From Klebsormidium nitens (Eukaryota > Plantae > Klebsormidiophyceae), in assembly GCA_000708835.1 (NCBI GenBank), contig DF237218.1:53233-117232 (forward strand): DNA of 64,000 nucleotides, in the 5' to 3' direction. Both the position numbers and the translations under genes were made by a program. The notes beneath the pieces were generated by a model. The model was not told the DNA's origin. It made no database searches and worked only from the letters and a program-made list of their open reading frames with translations. Positions 48,969 through 59,824 of the stretch are shown piece by piece. The first letter of the stretch is position 1; the number at the start of each line of letters is the position of its first letter.

Positions 48969-49913
48969 TCAAGCTACTGGAGCTTCAGACGTGTCTAGAT
49001 CCCTGGGCTTCCAGACGATCATCCAACGAGTTCCCCAGCTCTCCGAAAACAAGTGCAGGCGTGGGTTGCATCGTTCGACTTTTCTACGCCCAGTATCACT
49101 CAGGATTTGCAGAGTGCCAGTCAGAAAGAGTGCGCCAGCAGGGTAACAGGACAACTGGCGGGTCGACATGACATCTTTCACACTCAGTATCCCGTGCATC
49201 ATCTTTTCGCCTTCTGAATCCGATTTGAAGTTCCCAGCCGTAGACGCTTTCTCACAAGCAAAAACCTCCAAGTAAATCAAGCCTGTGTCGAGCAGAAGCT
49301 GTTTGAATCCCGCCCGCGTGCCACCAGCCGTGCAGTAGTGCACCGCCATCTCACCTCCTGTTTTGTTCAACGGAACCAACGGTCGCAGCTCGACGCCGTT
49401 TGGACTTATCTCAGAATCAGGCGCGGTATGAACCCGTAAATCGAGGACTTCGTAAGCTACAGGCCTCCCTTTCACTAAAACCAGGATCAGGGAACTCCTC
49501 GGGTCCTCTGACTGCAACCCGGATTTGGAACCTACGGTAATACTGGGGGTATTTATTAAGAGGTTACGAGCTTGTTCAATTATAGCTGGCTGATTTGCCT
49601 GTTCGCTTTGATTTTCCTTTCGTAGTTTTTGTTCACGTGTCAAGCTCGCGACACGCGCTGCCAGCAAGCGCTTGTAACCCCCCAGCGCTTCTACCGTAGC
49701 TTGGAAGCCTTCCAAGTACTCTCCGCAGAAGTCTTTCAACAGCGACGGAAACAGGAAGGCGGTTTTCCAAAGGTCAGGGGCGTTTTCCGCAGCGCTGCTT
49801 TCCAGCTCTTTGCATGCCAGGGTGGCTTGCAATAAAGCAGCTGGGTCCTGCCCTGCAAGCTTCCAGAGAATGATAGAGAGGACGTCCTTTGGAAGCTCTT
49901 GTAGCGCCCCCAT
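48969..49913 (-). CDS. Intronless F-box-like protein, subfamily B (~314 aa)
   Basis: Intact ORF MGALQELPKDVLSIILWKLAGQDPAALLQATLACKELE...LWKTAFL. It shares EALGGYKRLLAAR, RPVAY and PLNKT..EMA...TAGGT with the 53.4-54.4 kb gene. Confidence 0.85.
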   Translation of the reverse strand: MGALQELPKDVLSIILWKLAGQDPAALLQATLACKELESSAAENAPDLWKTAFLFPSLLKDFCGEYLEGFQATVEALGGYKRLLAARVASLTREQKLRKENQSEQANQPAIIEQARNLLINTPSITVGSKSGLQSEDPRSSLILVLVKGRPVAYEVLDLRVHTAPDSEISPNGVELRPLVPLNKTGGEMAVHYCTAGGTRAGFKQLLLDTGLIYLEVFACEKASTAGNFKSDSEGEKMMHGILSVKDVMSTRQLSCYPAGALFLTGTLQILSDTGRRKVERCNPRLHLFSESWGTRWMIVWKPRDLDTSEAPVA

Positions 49914-52749
49914 CGCGGGCGCTTTCCTAGAGCAACAAATCAATCTTCAAAGCGGCTCTTATCCTAAAGAGCGTAGCGGAAATTTATCACGGTCAAGCGG
50001 CACAGCACGCGGCCGCGCGGGGGCGCGTTGGCGACAAGCGGCGCGCCGTGCGAAGCGGGAAGATTTATCAGGTCGCCATGGCGCAGACACCGCACCTCGA
50101 CCGCGCGCCGCCCTCGCTCCTGCCACGCTGCCGCGCCGCATCTTAGCCGCTAAATGATGGGGCGGCTGCCCGGGTGCCGCGCGTCTGACGAGACACGGGG
50201 TCAATGATGCCGGCGAGAAACCGTTGACCTTTGCGCACGGACGCCGCACGATCTTCGACAGATCTGGTCCCCGATGGCGCTGAGCGCGCGCGCACGCGCG
50301 CTGCCACGTGGTCTCGGTTAAGTAGGACTTTAGAGGCGCGAGACAACTGTGTGTCTTGGGAGTTTGGGTGTTTGAGATTGGCGCGCGTGTGATGCTGCTC
50401 CGATTCGGGAGCCGCTACGCAGGTCGGACGCGCGGGCTAATAGCGCAGGCAAATCTTTTGATACTTCGCCCGAGGAGGGGGGCAGCTACTCTGCCGGAAG
50501 ACAGTCAAACCCCGCTTAATCACCTGTGTGGCGTCAAACTATGAGTAGCGGCATCTAAGTAGAGAAGATGCTGCCTCTTCTCGCTCAAAAGCCCTCTGAG
50601 TGAACTCAGTCCGGGTGACAACGCCCTCGACAGACTGAAAGTGGGCCGCAACTCGCGCGCGCGTTCTGAGGGCGTTCTAGCTGATCGACACGATAGGCTG
50701 CCAGAGACGTGATGCGTCGTAATGGCGCCACCTTGCGCCACGTAGCCGTATTTGCACGCTTTGTACAAAAGCGCAGCCCCGGGTTAAGATAGGCAAAGCT
50801 GTGATGAAAAGGCGTTGCGTACGGTGGTCGAGCTCAATTTGATGCGCCGGGGACAAAAGAAGTCCAGCACTTGAGCTCGATTTTGTGTTTTTTCCAGAGG
50901 ACAAGGGCACTTAGACTGCTAACCGCCTACGTGTTAATTTGGTGATTGTGCCATTATTTTGTGCTCCATCTTTGCCCTTACAAGCTCAAAAGTTATATAC
51001 GATCATGCAAACCGACAATTCAAGATGAGTTTGGTTGGCCTACTCACGGTTACAGATTTGACGCCCCTGTTTCGGCCGCTCGCTCACGATGCGAACTAGT
51101 TTAGGACAGGGAGAGGAAGAAGCAAGATGTCTAAATGGGGCTCAGAATCAGGAACGAACCTGGCTGACCACCAGCTTACAAGTCCTCTTTGCCCACGTCA
51201 ACTTTTCAATCATCGGTTTTGAAGTCTTCGCTTCGTGGAGAGTGTCACACTTGTTTTCGCTACTTTTACTGCCGTTCTGCTCTTTGCTAAGGAAAACATC
51301 AGGTGACAGGAACCTGAGAAATGAAGAACTTCGAACTCAACCCACCACTAAAACATGGCATAGAACAAGCCGTAGTCGCTGCCAAATCAAGTCTTGCAGG
51401 CAAGAAGCCGTAGTCGACTCTGCACAAAAGACTTGAGCAAGTATGCTTGAGAAAATCTGCAACGTACGGGGCATTAGACGTAAATGCTATGATGACAACA
51501 GGGTATTATCTGATCAAAGCCAGTGCGCCCTTTGACCATTTCGCCGGGCGCTGTGCAGAGTCAGTATCCTTTTACACGACGCAATACTGAGATTGCAGGG
51601 GATCGATGCTTTTGAAACTCGTGTATTCAACCCAGTGTGTTTTTCTGCTGCCACGAACTTCTGTTTCAAACTTTCTCGAGGTGCACGCAGAAGCCTAGAA
51701 GCTTTATTTTTGCATTGACGAAGAAGAAGTGCGTTGATGCTCGCCAGGAAGGGGAAACGAAACCCAATTCCTACAAACCTCGAAAGATGGTTCGGCTGTT
51801 TCTTTGCGCGCCGCACAGAGATCTCGTCTTCTCATTACCTGAAGGACCTATCGTAAGTTCCGTCTGTCACGGCGGCATGATGCAGTCGCGTCACGGTCGT
51901 GCATTGAAGTCGGGCTCGTCACCACTTTCTCTTACCATGCTAGCCGAAGGTTTTGAGCTCCGGAGTGTCTATTTCGTGCTTTGCATCTCTTCGTACCATC
52001 TCCGAGCCCGTGGTCCTGATTACCGATAAACGTTTTTGGATCGAGCTACTATTTACAACGTCACGAGCGGTTGGCTTCTGGCGATAGTGTTGCCGCGGCC
52101 ACCGCACATTCCGCACAGCGTCTGCGTCTTCAATCTGACCTCAGTCCGATCCTCTGGCTTAGCCCAGGCTAGCGAGACTTTGCTCGGAATCAGCGCCAGA
52201 GCCCGCGCGGACCCCCGCAATCTCTACATGCGCCCGTTGGCACATGGCCTGTAGACGTCGCCCATGGTGCTGAGCGCGCGCGCACGCTCTCGTTTCAGTT
52301 ACGTATCCTGGTAGGTCCTTGCTATGGTAAAGGAGCAGCGGAGCGCCGTCCTCTCGATCGGATGAAAGCAGGGCGCGACAAAAGGTTTTCTCACTATTGC
52401 GTTCTTCTGGGTGATTGCGGCGATTTTCATGGTGAAAGATGAGCCGCCCAGGAATTGCACACGCGCGCTTTAGGACTAGGCCGCATCGCAAGCGCAGGAG
52501 AATTCAAGACGTTGAAATGCTGCCGAAGATGGTATCCAAACGAAAGCTGTGTGCTATGCATCGGTCGCCTTTTCAAGATTTGCCCCTAAGCGCAGCTGGG
52601 ACGACTGATTCGACATTGACAGCGGGCGTGTTCCCTTGCGCACTGATCCCACGCATGAGAAGTAATTCCAGTGACAGCAAGATGTGGCTGGTCAGCGGCA
52701 CTGGTAAAGAAGCAAAAGATGAAGCGTGATCGAATCAGAAAATTCTGCC

Positions 52750-53300
52750 ACACCAGTAGCAGATTCAGACGCGGGATTTCTCTACGTCTAGGACCTTTCT
52801 ACAGGCATCAGCCTTGCATATTTTACCGCAGCCATTATTAACGAACATCTTTACTGTCATGACTTCCGTAAAGGCTGCCCAAATGCATAGTAAGAGAGCC
52901 TTCATTTGACATTTGACCGTTTAGACGATCGAGAATATTTTGACGGCCCGCTCAAGCTTCAAAGGTCGACCTTCTTCATGAACAACCAACCTGAATGAAC
53001 ACCCCCGTACTTGACTGAAGGATGCCTCCGAGTCGTAGTTATCCGCTCACTTTCCCATGCATTCTGTCATCCCGCTATCACATGCAATGTCAGGTGCAAA
53101 TGGAAACCTTTGCGGCTCGCCAGAACTTTCAAGCGGACTGCCAAACGGCAGGTTACTGTTTTTGAAGCAAAGCGGTCAATTCGTTCACAACATCTGGCAC
53201 CTAGTCAATGGATATATGAACCTGGAAAGATGACACTGACTATTCGAACGTACGTTGATGAAACTGACTGAAATGAGTACCTCGCCGTCGGTGTCACCAC
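52750..53300 (+). mobile_element. 5' fragment of decayed group II intron-type RT, homologous to 48300-48830
   Basis: caggtgcaaa-tggaaacctttgcggct (~53090) matches caggtgcaaaaaggaaacctttgcggct (~48655). Translates RCKWKPLRLARTFKRTAKRQ (cf. K.RPLGIPTI.DRAKQ). Confidence 0.5.
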
Positions 53301-53419
53301 CTACTTTCCTTCCGATGCATTCGTTGGCCGTACATACTTCATTACATCAGTACTGCCCTCGTTCAAGCCGCGGTGTCACAATTATCCAGAATCTCGAAGC
53401 GGCTCGATCAATTTAAGAC

Positions 53420-54415
53420 TCAATTATACCAGAACGCTAGAGCTTTTCGGCGTTTAGGAACCCTCCAGCATTCAACCGTCCAGCCTGTACTCATCTCAAA
53501 ATTTAGGTGCAAACGTGGCCCGGGGTCAAGGCATCTCGTCACTTTGGAACCGCTCGGATCCGGCCTCTGTACGGTGCCTGGCCGAAAGTCCGCATCCCAA
53601 GCTGCGAGCTGTTTCGACGGGTACTCAAGTCGGTAGATCAACCCGGGTCTCAAAAGCGAGTATCCGTCCATGCTATACACACTGTGCACCAGCACCTCCC
53701 TACCCACTGAATTGCTGACACCGGCTTCAGTCGCAGGCACTTTGCTACCCACGAAAACTTCAAGATGAACGATATTGGTGTCAAGCAGAAACCGCTCGAA
53801 CTCCTCCCACGTGCCACCAGCCGTCCGAAAAAGCTGCGCCATCTCATCCCTCGTTTTGTTCAACGGAATCAAAAGTCGCGTTATCTGGACGGAAAATGGA
53901 GTCATGCTCTGGAATATAGGCAGATCCCATGGAGAGAAGACTGCGTACGCGACAAGCCTCCCTCTGAAGAGAACCAGAACCAGGGCAGTGGCCGCAGCAC
54001 ATGACTCTGACTTGGATTGTAAACTTGCTTTAAGACTCGAAGTCTTCGTCAAAGCTTGGGTTTGTTCACTTTGCTGACGTGTCGCTTGTTCGCTTTGCTC
54101 TCCCTCTAACTGATCTTTTCGTTCCCGTTTTCCAAGCTGCGGTGAATTGGCAGCTCTAGCTGCCAGCAATCTTTTATACCCTCCCAGCGCTTCTACTTCG
54201 GCTTCAAAAGCCTCGAACTCCTCCCCGCAAAAGTCTCTTGACACCGAAGGAGACAGAAACGCCGTCTTCCAGAGATCCGGAGCAACTTCCGCGGCGATCC
54301 CAAGCAGTGCTTTGCAGGCGAAGGTGGCCCGCAGTAAAGCGAGATCATCTTGCTGAGCCAGCTTGTAGAGAATAATCATGAGAACGTCTCTTAGAAGCTC
54401 TTGTAGCGCCGCCAT
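53420..54415 (-). CDS. Intronless F-box-like protein, subfamily B (~331 aa)
   Basis: Intact ORF MAALQELLRDVLMIILYKLAQQDDLALLRATFACKALL...LWKTAFL; paralog of 48969-49913. Confidence 0.85.
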   Translation of the reverse strand: MAALQELLRDVLMIILYKLAQQDDLALLRATFACKALLGIAAEVAPDLWKTAFLSPSVSRDFCGEEFEAFEAEVEALGGYKRLLAARAANSPQLGKRERKDQLEGEQSEQATRQQSEQTQALTKTSSLKASLQSKSESCAAATALVLVLFRGRLVAYAVFSPWDLPIFQSMTPFSVQITRLLIPLNKTRDEMAQLFRTAGGTWEEFERFLLDTNIVHLEVFVGSKVPATEAGVSNSVGREVLVHSVYSMDGYSLLRPGLIYRLEYPSKQLAAWDADFRPGTVQRPDPSGSKVTRCLDPGPRLHLNFEMSTGWTVECWRVPKRRKALAFWYN

Positions 54416-55899
54416 GGCCGGGACTTTGTTCAAGGCACTGTGATTAGCCTTACTCGTTTCAAAAAGCTTTCATCTCCTTCCTTTTGCTGGCCTGCCCAAA
54501 GTGAGCAGATTAGGACGCTCTGTATGCAACCGAATCGGTATCACAAGCGGGCCTCCAGACTCTGATGTGCCATGCACCTGCCAAATAGTTGTGACGCGGG
54601 CACCGTGACGCGGCCGCACCCTGAGCAAGCGGCGCGCGGTGCCACGTCATAACAGAGCCAGGAAAGACCGACAGGTACTACCGGTAGCGAGAACCACGGG
54701 CCACTGACCAGCGTCGCGGTTGCGCGCTTTTTGGAAGCGCCTCGCGGCCGCCCAGATAGCCGTCCACGGAAAGCGCGCCCGGGCCCCGCCCGGGCTACTA
54801 GTTCTCAGGATTCGCGTCTCCAAGACGGTCGGCTTCTTAGTAACGCGCGCGCGCGGCAGCGCCGTGGGCGGCCTACAATGCCCCTGGAAGGTCCACCGTA
54901 CGTCTCAGTTGAAGCGACTTGCGAGAGTACAAAATCAACTGCGCCAGCCGCAACAGACTTCAAACAATGCTCTCTCGCAATTACATCAATCCGTCTTGAC
55001 ATTTTGGGCAAAGCCCATTGCCCACTTTGGCGCTTAGGGACAGAGGCCGCAGCTCTCTACACAGAGACCGGCCGCCCCCATACAGCAGTTTCGGGGCAAG
55101 CATCCCGGTTGCGATCAACAGATAGGGTCTATGTGGGCGGCCGGTTTCTCTACACAAAGACCGGCCGCCCACATACGAAACTGCTGTAACGTGACCGCGT
55201 AACAATGCACATATGCATAAAGCAACCGTCGCACCTCTTGTTTGCCCGCCTGAGGTACAAATTGTAGCCGCTCGGCGGAAACTTCGCGAAAAGCGCGCGA
55301 GCGCACGCGCGGCAGCCTAAGGTGCCTCCCCTCCAGGCTCCAGGCATATGCTCCCACTCCATGCCACGCTCGCTGCGTGAGACAAGCGGCGCAGCCGCGC
55401 GCGCGCGCCGTTCGAGGTCCACGCGCACTAGTACGCGTCTCAAACTCAGCAGGAAGCGAACCTCGTCCGGGTGGACGGCGCTGGGCGTGAGCGCCCATCA
55501 GCTACCGAGACGCGTTGCTTCTGACGAGCCCATCGGTTTAAGGAGCAGTTCAACGAGCGTGACCTGGAATAAGCAAGCAGTGAGCGGACGACTTACGTAA
55601 TCGTGTCCTGGGCAGCATGCGAAATCGACGAGAGAACCGCGGGAACGGGCCGTATTTCGCAACGTCCCCAACATGTCTAGGCCTGAGGTAAGGGGTGCTT
55701 GGAGTAACATGCATGGCGCCTTTGGGGCTCCGTCGTGTGCTCTGCGTTGCCACTTCACGTGGGAAGGTGTCTGCTCGTTTCAGCCTCGCGGCTTTACAGC
55801 CAACATACCTAAAATCCATCTCAAAATACGCTCGTCAAACTCCAACATAATGTCATGAACGTCTACAGCGGCTGGTTGAAGCCGCCGGAAGGTGCGCAA

Positions 55900-57370
55900 G
55901 CACTAAACTAGGCAACAAGGAGCCACTACCAAAGGTTATTTCCCTTGAGAGATACTAAATGGTTTGCATTGAGGCGTCATAGGTTTCTAGCCCGTCGGTC
56001 TCTTCACCTGGCAGTACATGCCATACTCCGGCGCTATCATTGCCGATGTTCTGTCTCCGCCCTTCAACACAATTGGATTTCGCCCGCCTTTGTGGTTCTA
56101 GACACAGCTGTGTCAGAAAGGCGTTGTGTACCTTGGTCGATCGAGCCCGGTTGCAAGCGGGATAAACAAAATTTCGACCACTAACATTTGTGTCTTTTCC
56201 ACGAAGACAATGAGATCAAGACTAACAAGCACGGAGACGCCTGGTGGCTTTGCCACCCGGTTCGAGCGCTATCTTTGCCCTTGTAAGCTTCAAGCAAAGT
56301 ATGCAAAGCGACAACTCAAGTTGCTTTCCCATCTCACACATTTGCGGCTATGATATTAGTGCCCGCTCGCAAACGGAGTTGGGAAACGGGAAGAAAGGAG
56401 CAGGAGTGGCGCAGTCGAAACATGCGGATGGAATCTGAAGTTTCGAGTTTATGCCATCGCTCAAGTCGCCAATGCAGCAAAACATCGACCCTAACACGCG
56501 TATCACTCGATCGCATTGGCAGACATGACTAGATCGTGAACGAAGGGCCACGCGAATGTTTGCATGTTGATCAGAGATTGGCCAGATAGAAACCTTCAGG
56601 TCAGCATACCGGCGCGATTGCAAGGAAAGACCTTGCCTTGAAGCTCAAACGGGAGGCCGCTGCAGAACCGGCGTATTCAGTTTGCCGGAGCTGGCTTTCA
56701 TGGCAGGGAAATGCATGTGCCCTTGTGAATCTATCTCTCGCACACGCACAGACTGGGCTAAAACTCCGCGCGGGCGTTTACAGAAACCGGGCGCGCTACC
56801 ATCTGTCAAACTCTCAGATAAAGCAAGCAACGTCTCTGAAAATGGGGTCCAATGGTTCATCTGGCACTAAAGTAATCTGATTTAGGACCGGCGCTTGTTT
56901 CGCGCGCCTCAAGACGCCGCTCTGCATATGCTAATATGAAGAGATTGCAGCCGCGGGGCAGCCGCGCGGTCAATAAGACGGTCGACCGCCGTGTCTCGGT
57001 TAGTAGAAAGAAGACTGACTCAGGACTCCGCATCCCGAACAGATGTCGTTGCAAGGTGGATACGAGAAACGAAGTCTTCCTCAAGCGCCAATTACCGCCC
57101 TGCTTTTTAGCGAACCGGCCGAGGCAGTCAGCTGCTTTTACAACCCCATTGAGCCTGGTGAACACGTCACCAGTGAATTCCTAGGCATCAAGGCCCACGT
57201 ACGTGTTTCGACCGCTTTAAGAGCGGCTCTCTTCAGATTAGGAACCCCCCGTTCAAGCTCTCTACTTTATGACGAAATCTGCCTTGCTCCCTCGGAAGAA
57301 GGTAGCCAGTTCGTCAATACATCATTTCAACATCATTGATGCGTCTCCAATACCTGTTCGAACCATTAGA
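55900..57370 (-). mobile_element. Decayed group II intron-type RT ORF (copy 8)
   Basis: YWRRINDVE (~57350), QGRFRHKVESL (~57280-57255), RAALKAVETR (~57225), FAKKQGGNWRL (~57105), RRYADL (56614-56597). The 3' boundary is uncertain. Confidence 0.6.
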
Positions 57371-57779
57371 GTCACATCGAAACCTTGACGGGTTGCCGTC
57401 AGCACTGTGCTTTGCTCCCCTTGAATTGCGCCGCATACCGGTGTTCCAGTGCACTAGCGTCGACCTGAAGCCGCCTTGCCCGAGCGGCGTGCGCAGCAAT
57501 CATCGGTTATTTGCGGCCGTGATAACGTCAGCCGCTTGATGAGAGCGGCGCGGCAGGGCTGGGCGAGGGCCAGATACGCCCCGTTTTTGTAAGTCATTGT
57601 CTCGTTTATTGACTAACTGACACGTTTTCGAAGTGACATTTCCCTGCCTCCAAGTAAAATGTTACGCGGTCACTGTCAACGCGCGCGTGGTGCAACCTTC
57701 ATGCCCGCTCGTATCAGGTTGTCGAGCCGCAAACCTCGGCAACAGCGTGTGACGCGCGAACGGTGCCCGTGCTATCCGT

Positions 57780-58774
57780 CACAGGGAGGATTGGCAGTCT
57801 CCCCCACCTTCTCCCCCCCCTCTCTCCCCCCCGGGGGGGGAGACTATATTCTCCCCCGGTGGGGGAGAAGTCTCCCCCACATGAGGGGCGGAGAACAGTC
57901 TCCCCCACCTGACGACTGTGGGGGAGAATGTATCCCCCAGTCGAGGACGGGGGGAGAATTCTCCCCCTCACTTTTCGAGAGGGGGAGAGTATTCTCCACC
58001 TGATCTCCCCCTGTCCTCCAAACGAAGGCAACTTTCGAGCTGATTTTACAAGAATCTAAGAGTAACAAGTGATCGAAGGATGTATAAGGATCTCGTACTG
58101 TCCTCTGACCTTGTTAGAATCATCAAACTCGTTTAAAAATTGCAATGCTCGTTCATGTTACCCTTGTCTAATTCTTCATCGGTGAAGTCCTCAGCAAGGC
58201 TGCTTCCTTGATGTCAAACGGATCAGAACAAGTGGAAAACACCAAAGGTGCTTCAATATAGTTTCTGAAGAACCTCTGAAGATGAGATACGGGCTTACGG
58301 AGGCGAAACGCGCTCTGCAATTCAGGAAATCTCGAAAAAGGTTTCTGTGATAACGGTATATATGTTTTAAGCTGCCCCTCAGAAGTGCACACATATGAGA
58401 TAGCACAGGTGGTTAAGGAGGCAGACCTAATGGCAGAAGGACGCCGGTTCGAGCCCGGCAGGTGACAAGCGTCAGATTTTTGCAGGAAACCATTTTTTTC
58501 CCCCGTTTGAGCACTTAAAACCGTTCATGTTGACCTCAGCAAGCATACCCCGGTCCGTGTATTTACAATCTCCAAGCACTTTTGAAGAAGCGAAGCATTT
58601 CTGGTGTGGGGGAGAATCATGGGGGGAGAATTCTCCTCCACCGAGGGAGAGGGGGTGGAGAGTGACGGTTCTCCTCCCCCCGGGGAGAAGTGGGGGAGAC
58701 AGGTGGGGAGACATGTCTCCCCCGGTTCTCCCCCTCTTCTCCCTCCCGGGAGGAGACGACCAATCCTCCCTGTG
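57780..58774. mobile_element. Non-autonomous CACTA/En-Spm (CMC)-type DNA transposon, 995 bp
   Basis: TIR CACAGGGAGGATTGG at 57780 and its reverse complement ending at 58774. 3-bp TSD CGT at 57777-79 and 58775-77. Dense subterminal GGGGAGA/TCTCCCC repeats at both ends. No transposase ORF. Confidence 0.85.
58394..58468 (+). other. tRNA-like fragment (pseudo-tRNA or SINE head) inside the CACTA element
   Basis: A-box-like TAGCACAGGTGG, D-loop GGTTAAGG, and a perfect T-arm gccgg-TTCGAGC-ccggc. The acceptor and anticodon stems do not pair, so it is not a functional tRNA. Confidence 0.65.
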
Positions 58775-59824
58775 CGTATCCGTGCTATACGTATCCGTGC
58801 TATACGCATCCGTGCCAGCCTATGTTCCACAGCTTTCTGACGAAGGAAGGATGCTGGTCAGTCCCATTAGAACGGTGCTTATATCTTGTGCCCGAGGCAG
58901 GCCCACAGGAACGTTTTGCTGCTAACCAGGCTCGATAACCAAGCTTCAGTGGAATTGTCTGACCATTGACCACGTTGTCACCATGTTAAGAATATATTCA
59001 GTGCTCGAGTCTGGTTATCCGACATGTTACCAGCCTTATTTTAAACCAGCCCGTCACGGTAATCGACGATATATATGGTTAACCGCCAAAAAACCTCTGT
59101 GACCGTGAGCGGCGTTCATAGTCAGGCCTCCGTAAAAAAGTCTTGCAATTGACGGGCCCGCACGGATGCGCAACCCGGGCCATCGCTATGCCCTTCGCCT
59201 CGCTTTCGCACATAAGCGGGCCGGAGCGCATGCGCGTTGCCGTCGAAGTCAATTCTAATGGACAGTTTGCTAATGTGCCGTATCTGCATGATTGCCATAT
59301 AAAAAGGTCAGGCTAGGTCCGCGGACGGGAGTGGGCACTCAGTAACACATCGCCCATATGCTTAGCGGTCAGTGTGACTGTGTGCATCATCACGAGATTG
59401 ATCACACCAGGGCATCACGTGGCAACAGGAGACCCCTAGCACAATCGAAAGTGCGCCGAAGTCCCGGGAGGGGCAATCATATAGCCTATTCAAGAAAAGG
59501 AAATTTGCGAAGGTGCCAAAGATTCGTGCACCCGTTATAGCAGCGTGTCCTAATCCGAATGACGACACATGCCGCGCCAGCTCGCGCGCTGATTCGGATC
59601 TTGAATTGGGGACATTCATGCATGAGCTGTTATTAGTTCCATTATGCGCGTGCCAGACGCGCTAAAAATTTACATTTATATGAACGATCCTGTGCAAGAA
59701 GCGTCCGCAACTGTAAACTCGGCAGCGCGGCTGAGCATAAGCTAGCCGCCCGCGAGCGTACGTATGCCTAGATACTTGCGTACGTAACAACGGTTCTTTT
59801 CTTTCAGGAGGCCTCGACGGTTTA

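Noticed and set aside
58394-58468. Functional tRNA gene
   Set aside because: Only the T-arm pairs; the acceptor and anticodon stems do not.
57659-58938. Several 70-130 aa ORFs
   Set aside because: They arise from the G/C-rich subterminal repeats of the CACTA element.
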